Origin: Lytechinus pictus
Lineage: Eukaryota
Reading direction: 5' to 3'
DNA length: 64,000 bases
NCBI RefSeq assembly: GCF_037042905.1
Contig: NC_087245.1
Span: 19,966,001-20,030,000 of the forward strand
A model generated the notes under the pieces. The model made no database searches. It saw nothing but the letters and a program-made list of their open reading frames with translations, and had not been told where the DNA came from. The position numbers and the translations under genes were made by a program. Below are positions 41,238 through 53,369 of the stretch, one piece after another (position 1 is the first letter of the stretch; the number at the start of each line of letters is the position of its first letter).

Positions 41238-42459
41238 AAAGTAATTCCCTATCACAATGGAAGTTCTTGCATATGCTTCTAACCATTGCATCAGTTTTAA
41301 TTGATTGCTTTTTAAAACTAATTGAATTTCACCCTTTTATAAGATTGAGAACCCTTACTTTGCAATCTCATTATTTCCTTCGTCCATATATAGGACTTGC
41401 AACATTTGTCATTATTCCATATCGGAAGATTCATTCCTTGCTAAAGAAAAGGCTTTTTGCCAAAATGGAAAAAAAAAATTGGGACCAGAATTTTCTGTGA
41501 GACATCTATATTTCAACCCTTATCCTATACTGTGTGTGTAAATTTTTTTTTATTCTTGAAATAATTAACAGCTGTTTTAATAGGTGTAAACTTTTTTACC
41601 CATCCAAAATATCAGAGTTTGAATGGTATCTTTCACACAAAACATGTTAATGATATTTTCTTTTATCCTAGTCCCTATGTCGCAATGGATGCAAACTTTG
41701 AATGTGATTTACTAAAATCTATCATGGGCTTTAAAGTAGAAAATGGTGTTAGTATGAAAAGAAAGCCAATACTCCTGGGATCATTTTACTGAATCAATCC
41801 AATTTTAAGAGAGACAAACATCCTGTCACAAAAGAAATGACAAGCAACAAAAAAAATTACACTCTTGGAAATGAAACATCATGTAATTTCCATCAACATC
41901 ACAATAAAAAAATCCTGTGAACTCTATGAGGTTGGGATTTTCAACTATATCTTTGAAAAAGAAATCGATGTGTGACTATTATATAACCTTTTTAATTTTC
42001 ACCTGACACATATCACTATGGTAACACAAGCATGCTGCGAGCATCTTATAAATCAGCCTGGGGAGTAGACTAGTTCATCCGGGGAGAGTGGGAAGTGAAG
42101 TTAGCATCTATTTCCATTTGACCTCCTTTTTCCTCCAGAAAATACCATCAAATCCTCTTCTTCTTCTTAAGCCTAACGAGGTGTTGTGTACAGAATTACC
42201 CCTAATGTGTCATCAATGAGGATCGGGAGGAACCGCTTTTTTAAAAGACTGTTAAGCTGGGTGATAATAGCAATCTGTGTTTCGTGTTTAAAGACGAGGG
42301 CTTGATGGTGATCCACGTTCAGTAACCTATTCATGTAATGTCAAATGTTCAACTTATAGAATTACAAAGCGTGTTGTGATACTAACATGTTACTGTTAGT
42401 TAAATATGCACATAAGATTTCAAGTACAGCAGTGCATTAAGCAGTTTAATGACACTTAA

Positions 42460-43042
42460 AGGAGAATGAAACTCTTGGAGCAAGTTAGCTTTTGTGAAAG
42501 CAGAAAAATCAAAGAATAAAATCAACAAAACTTTGAGTAAAATAGGACTAGCAATAAAAGAGTTATGAGCATTTGAATGTCGAGATCACTAATGCTATGG
42601 AGATCCTCCCATTGGCAATGCGACCAAGATCTGTGATGTCACGCACGTACAACTCTCCCATTCGGACACTGAAAATATACCCCAAAACATATCTTTTTGC
42701 TTATTCTAATCATATGACAAACGATTCATCAATGAAATAATGTTGTGAAACCTCTGTACTTGTCATCTCATAAAGAAAACACCTAACCTTGTGATAGACT
42801 CTATAAAAGTGAGAATATAAGTGAAATAAGTACTAAAGTAATGAGGGAGTTGTACGTGTGTGATATCACAGATCTTGGTCGCATTGCCGATGGGAGGATC
42901 TACATGGCACTAGTGATCTCAATATTCAAATGCTCATAACTTTCTTATTATTCATTCAATCTTCCTCAAACTTTCAACAATATGTTTCTTTGATTTTTCT
43001 CTTTGATATGGATTCAGCTAGTTTCAAGGGTTTCATTCTCCT
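42460..43042. mobile_element. TTAA-TSD fold-back MITE (Kolobok-like) with ~200-bp arms
   Basis: TTAA|AGGAGAATGAAAC ... GTTTCATTCTCCT|TTAA. Arms include GGCAATGCGACCAAGATCTGTGAT / ATCACAGATCTTGGTCGCATTGCC. Confidence 0.9.
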
Positions 43043-43094
43043 TTAAAGATAACAACTGACTTTCTACATAATTTTTATCATTAGTATATAGCAA

Positions 43095-43310
43095 GAGGGT
43101 ATTCAAAGAAACTTGCAGTCAATTGCTAGTTCATTTTATGTTAAAAAAATCAACAAAAACTCCTGTAATTAATTAAGCACACATTATATATAGATTGACA
43201 GTCACTCTCTTGCACCAGACAATATGAATTTATTTAGTTGACTTATCAATTGCAAATTAGCAACTTGAATTTACAATCAATTGCAAGGAAGTTTCGTGCA
43301 ACACTCCCTC
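43095..43310. mobile_element. Short degenerate MITE-like element
   Basis: GAGGGTATTCAAAGAAACTTGCAGTCAATTGC ... CAATCAATTGCAAGGAAGTTTCGTGCAACACTCCCTC, imperfect inverted ends. Confidence 0.4.
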
Positions 43311-45300
43311 ATAAATTGAGTTCCTCTGATCAGAATTCCATTAAAAAAAGGACGAGACGCTGGCTAGCCTCTTCACAGACTATGATCTACATTCCACACG
43401 TTATGATCTCCAGTGAGAGTACGACCAGCGTCCAGTCGCCTAATCATCTGCCAACAACATCTCATGTTTAATTCATTGCGACGACGAGGATAAGATAGCG
43501 ATTTAGAGGACTAAATTTCCGTAAGCCATTAATAGATCATCTCCTTATTGACCTTAGCGATGGCTGGTCGACGATGATGAACTCACGCCTTTCTCATCAA
43601 TCATGCAACTAGTTCTGGCCATATACTGTTCTATCCATAGCGTCCTGTCCACTGATTGTCTCAATAAATATTGGAAGGATATCTATACTCTAGCTGATGT
43701 TAATTTAATGAAGTGTTATGAATAGCTGGAATATTTTCTTAGGCAATAGGCCTATGTGATACGGTCATGCATCCACTCTTCATCCTCATTTCTCTTTCCA
43801 TATTCATAAAGTTATAAATATACCATACCTGCCAACCTTTGATAATAAAAAATCAGTATCAAAGTTCCGTCGGCGCCGAGCGGGTGTCCGGTCAGGCCCG
43901 CTCCAACGGTAGGGACTCTTTGCATTTTCAGCATGTAAAAGTAGCATTTCCCTACACTTTTTAAAGCAAATTTACCCTCATTACCACACCAGAGGATGAC
44001 CTACATGTAGAGTCTACCTTTATTCATCAATTAAAAATTAAAAAAAAAGGTCTTTAAAATATCACTTTTGTGACAAAAACCACCCAGTTTCATTCAGGTG
44101 TGATATGTTTTCATTTAAATCTATATAGACTTAGGGTTAATTTTCTTGTTCATCAGAGCTCTCTAAAAACTTTGATTTTGAGCATATTTTGTGAGGCCCT
44201 CTATTGGTGGAAAGTGAGATTGATGCAGATCTTCATCTCCACACATTCTATTTTTAATTAGACAAAAAATAATTTCAAGATTTTATGATGAATTTAGATT
44301 TAAGTTATCCCTACTGTATTAAAAACTGACAAGCCAAAAAATCAAACATTTATTATCAAGCTTATCAATCATGCATCAAGAGAAAATAAGCCAAACATTG
44401 ACATTGTCTTATTCATGTTATTTCACCACACAGGGGTTACTGACTGAGGACAAGGTTATATCATAACCTACATTGGATAAGTGCTTGTTGGTAGAAGAAA
44501 GCAGATTTTCAACCATGACAAAAACGGAGCCGAAACTAACGGCTGCATGCGCCTGACCCACACCCACCACTGCACTTGAGGTGCGCCGGTAAGACGGGGA
44601 GGCTGAGGCGCAGCCACTGGGCGGGCGCCGGGAGTTTAGGCAAGCAAAGTAGATTTGGCGTTCGGCTCCGAAGGCTCAACCCAAGATCGAAAGTTGATCA
44701 TCTTTCTTCCTCAAAAAATTGACAATTATTCGAAAAATAAAGTACAGATCAATGTTAAAATTGCGTAGGGATAGATCTAACTTAATTGCGTCGGTACGCG
44801 GCCGGGCGGGGGCCGGTGTTCAACGACCTGCCATTCATATCATCAGCAGACTCGGCAATATACCGCTGTAATCACCAACACACTCTAGATATGTACGCTA
44901 CATCACTAACTCACTCCCACACTACAAAATCATCCGGCGACATGGGCAAAAACCTCAAATAAAAAGTAAAATTTTCTTACCTAAATCACCATGTTTCGCG
45001 TAAAAAATATCAGCATCGGTGATTCTTAACATCGTAGTTAGGAAACAAGGGGTCTAAAAAGGTTACTTTTTCACGGTTTTTCCAATGTTCGTGGATTATG
45101 AAAACATGTCCTCACTAAAAACTGGCTCTTTTGCTAGCCAATGTCAGATGCCATTTTTTTCCGGAAGTCAACGCTAACGACAACACCTCAAAATGTAGCG
45201 CCCTAAGTGCAGCCGTTGCGTGTATGCTCGTTAATTTTCACATGTATTTGCAATGGAACTGCGCACTTAGCAGTGTTCGCGCCGTTTAAAGTCGCTCTCT

Positions 45301-45492
45301 TTATTTATTTATTTATTTATTTATTTTCCACTCGTGGGCTGGATGACCCTCTTCAGCCACAGGCTGTTCTTCTGAGGGGTCCAGTACACACGTTTAAAAA
45401 TACAAACATACAATATACAAATAAATACATAATTATATAAAGAAAACATAAATCAATGCTATACAAAACAACTTACGACTACAAAACACAAC

Positions 45493-45529
<37 letters not shown>

Positions 45530-47686
45530 CATGGGGGATGGTGGGGGGGGGGGGGGTAGCATGCAGTAAGGGGGAAATTATAATAAGTGTTGAGCTAATG
45601 TGGTCCGAAGTTTCATCTTGAATGTAGTAAGAGAAGTTTCAGGAGGGATGTACGATACTAATTTGTTCCATAGCTTTCCGCCTTGAAATAAGAAACGTCT
45701 TATGCCATATTCAGTTTTGGGGCAGTTCAAGGCCAGTTGGTCATTTCCAGACCGTGTTTTGTATACAGATTTACGGGAAATAAATATATCGCTAAGGTAT
45801 GGTGGGCCAAGACAATGTACGGATTTAAACATGACAACGGCCAAGTGTTTGGCCCAACGAATTTTTAGATTATCCATATTAAGCGAAGAATAAAGGAGTT
45901 TCGATGGATATAGATGGTCAACCTGTAATACAGTTTTCAATGCTCTATTTTGTAATGTTTGCAATTTCTTATAATTGGTTTGAGAAGTTTTTCCCCATAC
46001 AGTGGAACAGTAATCAAATTGTGACTGTATAACAGATTTGTAGAAAATCATAGCAGTTGATTTACTGATAATGGGTCTTATTCTTTTTAGTAAATAAAGA
46101 CTTTTCACAACTTTTGATTTAACATGGTCTGTTTGTTTGTTCCAATTAAGGTTTTCATCAATGTAAATCCCGAGATATTTACAAACGTTTACTCTGTTGA
46201 TGACAACTCCATCAATTGACATATTTAATTTTTTAGTAATATCACTCCACTTTGTCAGCCTTTGTTTACTACCAATTACCATTGCTTCTGACTTTTTTAT
46301 GTTAAGAGCTAGTTTGTTCTGCTTCAACCATTCAGAAATAATGGCTAAATCTTCATTCAGCTTATCATAGATATTCAGTGGATTTGTGTCTATATAAAAA
46401 AGGCAGGTGTCATCAGCATAAAGAGCCAAATGACTATTTTTTATTTTATTGGGTAGGTCATTTGAATATATTGAAAACAGAATTGGGCCTAACAATGAGC
46501 CTTGCGGAATTCCGCAAAGGACATTCCTAATACCAGAGGTTATACCATTTACTTGAGTATACTGCTGTCTATCAACACATAAATAATTCTGAAACCACTT
46601 AATTGCTTTCTTATCAAAACCGTATAAATCTAGTTTCTTCAGTAATATAGAATGATCTACACTATCGAAAGCTTTCTTGAGGTCAATCATTACAACACCA
46701 ATTAGATTGCCCTGATCGATTGCTGACATCCATTTGTCAGTTACATTAAGCAGTGCTCCTTGAGTAGAGTATTTTGGTCTAAAACCTGATTGACAGGATG
46801 AAAGTAAGTTGTATTGCTCCAAATATTTGTATACCTGGTCATATACCATCTTTTCCATTATCTTAGCCAATACAGAAAGAACCGAAATCGGTCTATAGTT
46901 GTTCAAATTATTTTTGTCCCCACCTTTAAAAATGGGTGTTACCCTGGCAAGCTTCCACTGGCTTGGAATTTTACCTGTATTAAGTGAAATGTTCAAAATA
47001 TATGTTAAAGGAGCTGCAATATCTTGAGCAATACATGAAATACATTTTACTGGTATTGTGTCAGGGCCAGTCGCTTTATCACCTGACATCGACTTGATGA
47101 TCTTCATAACACTTGACACAGTAACAGTTTCAAAACAAAACCGTGACTCGGCTTTCCTAAAATCCGAGAGAGTACATGCATTAGGATTAGTGATTTCACT
47201 CTGAATTTTGATACCTATATCACTAAAAAAGTCATTGAAGGCATTTGCCAGTGATTCTTTTTCAAGTCTTTCTTCATTTATCGATATGCCTGAAATAGGA
47301 GATCTATTTTTCTTGTTGGGAGTCAAGTATTTTAGAGAGTTCCAAATTCCCTTAGAATTATTTTGATCAATGTTTTTAGTAAGAAAATTACGCTTTGCTA
47401 ATCGGATAAGTGATGTGACCTCATTACGCTCTCGTTTGTACGAGATCCAATCTGCTTCAGCGCCCGTTTTTCTGGCTTTGGCCTTTAAGCGATCTCTACT
47501 ACGTCTCCGATTGATAATTTCTTTATTCATCCAGGGGGATTCTTTTTGTTTGATTCTCTTTTTGCGTATGGGGGCATGCTGATCAATGACTCTTAGTAAC
47601 AAAGAGCTAAATTTATCGTAGGATTCTTGTGGGCATTCACTCTGATAGACAGGATCCCAGCATATCCGGCTCATATCACGTGTATA
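45301..47686 (-). mobile_element. 5'-truncated CR1-group LINE copy with 3' UTR and (TAAA)n tail
   Basis: RT ORF, then a 3' UTR with poly-C/poly-T tracts (element strand), a terminal stem-loop (45339-45384) and a (TTTA)n tail at 45301-45326. Possible TSD TCTCT (45296-45300 / 47687-47691). Confidence 0.9.
45578..47674 (-). CDS. Non-LTR retrotransposon ORF2 fragment: reverse transcriptase plus C-terminal region, no endonuclease domain (5'-truncated). CR1 group (L2/Crack/Daphne-like).
   Basis: 698-aa uninterrupted ORF with LINE RT motifs: KATGPDTIP, NYRPISVLS, QSGFRPKYST, DLKKAFDSVDH, GIPQGSLLGPILF, catalytic LYADDT, KYLG, and the C-terminal FDYCSTVW/LQTLQNRA/KLWN typical of the CR1 group. Confidence 0.95.
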   Translation of the reverse strand: MSRICWDPVYQSECPQESYDKFSSLLLRVIDQHAPIRKKRIKQKESPWMNKEIINRRRSRDRLKAKARKTGAEADWISYKRERNEVTSLIRLAKRNFLTKNIDQNNSKGIWNSLKYLTPNKKNRSPISGISINEERLEKESLANAFNDFFSDIGIKIQSEITNPNACTLSDFRKAESRFCFETVTVSSVMKIIKSMSGDKATGPDTIPVKCISCIAQDIAAPLTYILNISLNTGKIPSQWKLARVTPIFKGGDKNNLNNYRPISVLSVLAKIMEKMVYDQVYKYLEQYNLLSSCQSGFRPKYSTQGALLNVTDKWMSAIDQGNLIGVVMIDLKKAFDSVDHSILLKKLDLYGFDKKAIKWFQNYLCVDRQQYTQVNGITSGIRNVLCGIPQGSLLGPILFSIYSNDLPNKIKNSHLALYADDTCLFYIDTNPLNIYDKLNEDLAIISEWLKQNKLALNIKKSEAMVIGSKQRLTKWSDITKKLNMSIDGVVINRVNVCKYLGIYIDENLNWNKQTDHVKSKVVKSLYLLKRIRPIISKSTAMIFYKSVIQSQFDYCSTVWGKTSQTNYKKLQTLQNRALKTVLQVDHLYPSKLLYSSLNMDNLKIRWAKHLAVVMFKSVHCLGPPYLSDIFISRKSVYKTRSGNDQLALNCPKTEYGIRRFLFQGGKLWNKLVSYIPPETSLTTFKMKLRTTLAQHLL

Positions 47687-48051
47687 TCTCTGTGTATATC
47701 GTGCAGCTAGCGCATTTGCGTAGCCGTGCGATCCAGTCGTTTATGCGTTAGTCGCATCTTACAGCCGTTGGTTTTAAAATTCGGAATTCGGAATGGAGGT
47801 CGAAAAATCGGTATAATTCCGCCAAAATCGGAATGGTTGGCAGGTATGATATACCCATGTGGCTAATTATGTTTCATTTGGCATAACATACGCATAATTT
47901 ATTTCTTCAAATGACAATTAAAATTTACAAGCTTACTACTAAGAAAACAACAATTGGATTTTATGAAGATACATCACAGCATTTTCAAGCAGTTTTATCA
48001 AAATCAATTTTCACTGAAGACATTTGACTGTTCTTGTTTTCTTTCAACTAA

Positions 48052-48704
48052 TACCCCTTTCATATTGCGCTTTTCACCGGCGAAGTTCGCCAGCGAAGGG
48101 GAGAGTGTCCAGTATGAAAGGTACACAGGAGAACTTCACCGATGAAGTTCACCGGCGAACTTCTCCACCTCTAGAGGTGGAGAACTTCGCCGGCGAAACT
48201 GTTTCACCGGCGAATTTCGCCGGTGAAAAGGTCAGTATGAAAGCAAACCGGAGAACTTCTCCTCTTTAATGACGTCAGAGGTCAATTTTTTTCTCTCCCG
48301 AAGTCCCCTGTACCGAGATTCTGCGCGCGATAGTTGCAAGCTCAGCTGAATGCTAAGGCCAAGTAGATACCCTCGAACACAATTTTTTTTTTACTAACAA
48401 TATTGATTAAAAAGCACTTTTTACATGTATAAAGTACGCTAAAATATAAAAACAAGGTGATATTGTTTGTTTTTATCGTAATACTTCCAAAATATGTTGT
48501 AATTAATTTTTTTATACCTTTTTGTAATAGGTAAGAAGTAATGTTTACAATTTTCTTTTATTTGTTCTGCAATCGCCCGTTGACTTTCGCCGGGGAAGAA
48601 ATGTCAGTGCGAAAGGGTACAATTTTTTCTTCGCCGGGGAAGTGAGGAATGCGAGGCGGAGAAGTTCGCCGGTGAAAAATGAAAAGGGCAGTATGAAAGG
48701 GGTA
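48052..48704. mobile_element. PIF/Harbinger-like MITE, TSD TAA
   Basis: TAA|TACCCCTTTCATATTGC ... GCAGTATGAAAGGGGTA|TAA, with many subterminal TTCACCGGCGAA/TTCGCCGGTGAA motifs in both orientations. Confidence 0.88.
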
Positions 48705-50839
48705 TAAGAGCTCATGTTCACATATCTTTAATGAGTCTAGATGAATGTACATCCATACAACAGGGGTGTCAAATTACAACAGATACCACGATCAAATGAA
48801 TGTGCTGAAAATCTGACTTACATCATGCAACATGACATAATAGTATCAATATTTAATTGATGTATGATCATTTTTGTTAACATGGATGTCAACAGTATCC
48901 GGGATGCATTAGGTGATAAACACCATGCACGCTCTATTCTTTGATCTGTCTCTCACCTGAAGATTCAAACTGACAAGCAACCTTGCTGACCAACAGATAC
49001 CAAATTAAAATTGATCTCCGGGATGTAAAGTTGATGGCATTAATTAGTTGAGTATTCTCTATATATAACCACACAACAGTATCAACAAACCTCAATTAAT
49101 CCACATAAGTGACCAAAATTTATTTGAAAAATATATTGAATCATTAGGATGGTTATAAAATTTTATGGGCTGAAAAACTAAGTCACTCGACCATACAGGA
49201 AGCTATGGAGGTAGGTAATTCAATCTGATACCACTGGAACAGGCCAGAATTTGATATTAATCTTTGAAATTTACATCCGCAGCCACTAATACACCAATGG
49301 TTAATCTACCATTGGCATTCATACACATATACAGTATGCTGTAAATCTGGAGAAATGGTTGAAACTGCAATGAAGCAATCAGTTTGTTCTGACATGAGCC
49401 TGAGTAACTAAATACCAGAAGATGTATTCATGCAAGACAGCAGTCAGAAACTATCAAGGATTATATAAGCCAGTACTTATTAAAGATCACATACAAAAGC
49501 TTATTAAGTCTTTAAATGATGTTTTTTTGTAAAAAGTCACATTATCAAAGCAGGAACAGAGAACTCCGAAGCACCAACCAATTTTGCAAGATTTTTTTTA
49601 TTTTAATGAATTAAACGCTATATGTTTGCCTATTGAATGCTATATTATGGCACTCTCAAACAACAAGATATAGGACACAAACACATCAAAAATAAATGCT
49701 AACAGAGCACCATAAAATACTTGGCATGAAAACAGAGTTTCAAGTTTTCAAAAACAAGAAAAATACACAAGAAATACGCAATGACAAATATAAATGATCA
49801 TAGTGGGTATAATACTACACATTCATAGGCAGATGAATGAGTGTAATACAATACAATAGGTACGTAGATTGATTTTGATTCTCAAATTGCAATATCAATC
49901 AGACAAAAATAAGGTCATTTTATTTAGAAACCAATACCTACGCAATGAATGAAGAATTTGCTTTTCGATCATCTCTGACTGCAAATATCATAGAATTGGG
50001 GGAAAATCAAAATGCTGGGATTAATCTGATTTATACTAACAACTTCTATTATAATCTACATGTAGGTGAGAAAAAGAAATTGACATTGTTACTCCTTGAT
50101 TTAATGAAATATTATCAAAACAGAGTGTTAAACCTACACAAAGTAGGTTATGTGATTATGAATTGATTGGTTAGAAGGTTTACTTTATCAACCCGATGTA
50201 AATTTTTAATCACTCGGGGAGGTACTCAACTAAAGCTGCATTCTCTATTTAATTGATTTCTAAAAACATTTTTCAAACATTAGAATTCAAGGTTTAGAGG
50301 CTTTGGAGGAAAACGGAACATTAGAAAAGGAATAATCAAACATTCATGCTAACGAGATGCATGTTTTAACAGGAATTTGTCTCATAATCTTTTTCCTTCC
50401 ACTTCTTCAATTTCTGCAATGACAAAATAGGTAGAACAAGAACTCTGCAAACGGCAAAGCAAAAACTTTTGTTATCAAGCTGAATGAGCCTCAGTTATCT
50501 CAGCAACTAAATGGATAATAAAAAGTATATAAAGAAAAACAGAAAGTTTCATTCACACATGAGTGAATACATTTTACAATTCTTGTGGAATGCTCATGAG
50601 AGAGTGGAAAAAGTGCATACCTTGTGTGCGGGCATGCTATAGCATCTGATGACAAGGGTACAAGTTTGTCTGTCAAGCACTTAAAAACATTGTTGCATGT
50701 ATATAGCATTATAAATGCTGGATATCAATATGATTTTATCTATGTGCATCATGTGATATGATAAACATTTAGACTAAAGGTAGACGCACTATCACAACTT
50801 CCCTACTCTAACTGTTCTGTTGCACAACCGTATAAGTAA

Positions 50840-51008
50840 TGCTACAGTCACATTTCCCCTATGGTGGCCGTACTGGGAGTAAAAAAAAACAGCCGTTTTG
50901 ATTCATTTTTTTATTCAAACCACCTCTAATATGTAGCTGGTACAAAAATTTTAAAACTGCTGTGTTCAATTTGCAGTTCGGCCACGTAGGGGAAATGTGA
51001 CTAAGGTA
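50840..51008. mobile_element. Small fold-back MITE (Harbinger-like)
   Basis: AGTCACATTTCCCCTATGGTGGCCG ... CGGCCACGTAGGGGAAATGTGACT inverted repeats, flanks TAA/AAA. Confidence 0.75.
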
Positions 51009-51242
51009 AAAGCCTTTAGAATCCCAAATCACACATACATGGCCTTCATATCAAAACAACCTTGACATTTTCTATATTTCTGGATGCATCATGTTGTTAA
51101 TGCACAACTTCATGATTTTTTTAAAACTATTAATTCATCTAAAAATAAATAACGGTGACATGCAAAATAATAAGAATGACTGGAAGTGCATTGGGTTATT
51201 TTACTTTCTGCACACTTTGTACACTCATAGACCTTTCTGATG

Positions 51243-53369
51243 GGCTTATTATAATCACTCGGGTCGCGTTCGCGTTCGAAATCACTCGGGTTTTGGATTT
51301 TTGGCGATTTTTTTTTTACTTCGATTTTTTTTTCTAACGGTGTCTTCAATGGGACAAACACGCTGGGCAAATAAAATGAAATTGAAATTCTAGTTTCGTT
51401 TTAAGCCAGCAAATGCATCATCTTAAAGGCGCAAGTGCAATTAAAATGTAATAGAAGTCGCAAGCACGCGCGATGATTCGGAACATGTTATTAAAATGCT
51501 TTGGGTAGCTAACGTTTTCAAATTAATTTATTACTATCTTCAGAAATTAACTTTTGATAACCAAGAACAAATATAAAAGAAGCGGGGTCCGCTATCACCA
51601 CGAGGTTGAAGAGAAGTGTCTATCCTCGTAAACATCGTCAGAGATAATACTGCGTCTTTCTCCCTGATTAATGCGACCTCTAAATAGCTAGCACCTCAAA
51701 AATATCTTGAAATATATTCTGAACGATCACGCACTGTAACTAGATCTACACCGATATTTTATATCTGATTTTTCCTTTAAGGGGCATGATCGAAGATTGG
51801 CAGGTGATCGCGCCAATTGTGGTAAAATCGGGTAAAATCGGGAGCCGATTTTAAAATCGGTTAATTAGAACAGGTACAATTACGATTTTAAAATTAATTT
51901 AAAATCGATTTCCAAAATCAATTTTAAAATCGATCTAAGATCAATTTTAGATCAGTTTTAGTATTAGTTTTTAAAAGCCCATTCACATTTTTACTGATGC
52001 TGACGAAAAGTTAGTTTGGTTGTCAGAGCATTATTTGTCCTGCGTCTAAATAACTATGTCCGATCGAAGGACCGTTTTAATTTCGGAAAGGTAGGAGAGA
52101 CAGAGAGAGAGACTGATCCCCGTTCAGCTCAACGTATACGTTTGGCACGCGAGCACAAAGAAGATCAATTAAGCACATCACCTAATGCAATGTTTCGAGA
52201 ATTTAGGTAGGGAATTTTTTAGGTCTCCAGTTACTTAAAAAATGATATGGCCATTTTATCTATAAAATAAGACAAATTTTATGAGAAATGGACAATAGTT
52301 AAGAGCAGAATTTTAAAACGCCTATCGGAAAGATCGTCCTCAAAGCTCTTTACGTATTAGACAGCTGGCAGCCGTCTGTTTCGAGTTTCTTAACATTTTT
52401 ATTTCTCCTCGTACACAGACGGCTCGCTATGGTGCAACCATCATTACGGGGTTAACAATGCAAAACCCCCCAGACGGCGCTCATCGATTTTTGTCTTTAT
52501 TTCATAAAAATATATGGAAAGATCTTTATCAAATAAATATTGTTATTCCGTTTTGTCCTTAAATGCACCAAAAAAAAGGGAAAATAAACTTAAAAGGGGA
52601 AAAACAGTAACTAATTGCTTCGGCTGTCGCGCAACTTCACTTCCCCGTTTTATTGGAACTTAATGCATAAACATATGGCCATTGAGTCCCTGTACAGATC
52701 GAGCTAGAACTTCGGTCTCTGTATTGGTGAGTGGAGCTAATGGAGTTCAGCGGAACAACGAACATTACAGACTGGAGACCGAAGCTTTTGGTCTAATTAC
52801 GTATATATGTATTAAACCACTGATGGCTGGCTATGCATACCGCTGAATAAAATACTTTCGGACGAGCTGCAGACTGACTGGCACTGTAACGTGGGATCTA
52901 ACTCGGCTGGACTCACGTTACCTTGCTCCATGCGACCGATGCACGCCGTGTCCGACCGTGGCCAGGTCCCGCCTTGGGGCCATTGCATGCAGGCATACAT
53001 GTCCGTACATGGGAATGACGATGTAATATCGATGTGGCAGATATGGCAAGTTCCGACTCGGAGTCCTCGTATAAAAACAGTAGAAGTCTGATGTATTCTA
53101 GGATAGTTGAGCCACATGGCTGATTTGCTTGTTTGTTATGTTAAGCAGTAGGCGAGTGCATTTTATTTAAGGCACTTGCCGGCTTAAAACGAAACTAGAA
53201 TTTGAATTTCATTTTATTTTCCCAGTGTGTTTGTCCCATTGAAGACACCGTTAGAAAAAAAAATCGCATCGAAATAAAAAAAATCGCCAAAAATCCCAAA
53301 CCCGAGTGATTTCGAACGCGACCCGAGTGATTTCGAACGCGAACGCGACCCGAGTGATTATAACAAGCC
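51243..53369. mobile_element. 2.1-kb non-autonomous DNA transposon with ~175-bp TIRs and 8-bp TSD (GG termini; Merlin- or Mutator-like)
   Basis: 51243-~51417 is the reverse complement of ~53172-53369. TTCTGATG flanks both ends (51235-51242, 53370-53377). No transposase ORF inside. Confidence 0.9.

Larger units (their letters stand above)
43824..47848. mobile_element. Non-autonomous DNA transposon (~1.6 kb without the nested LINE), 14-bp TIRs, 6-bp TSD
   Basis: CATACCTGCCAACC (43824) and its exact reverse complement GGTTGGCAGGTATG (ending 47848), flanked by ATATAC on both sides (43818-43823, 47849-47854). Confidence 0.88.

Noticed and set aside
45702..47582. Short plus-strand ORFs inside the LINE
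   Set aside because: Antisense shadows of the RT ORF.
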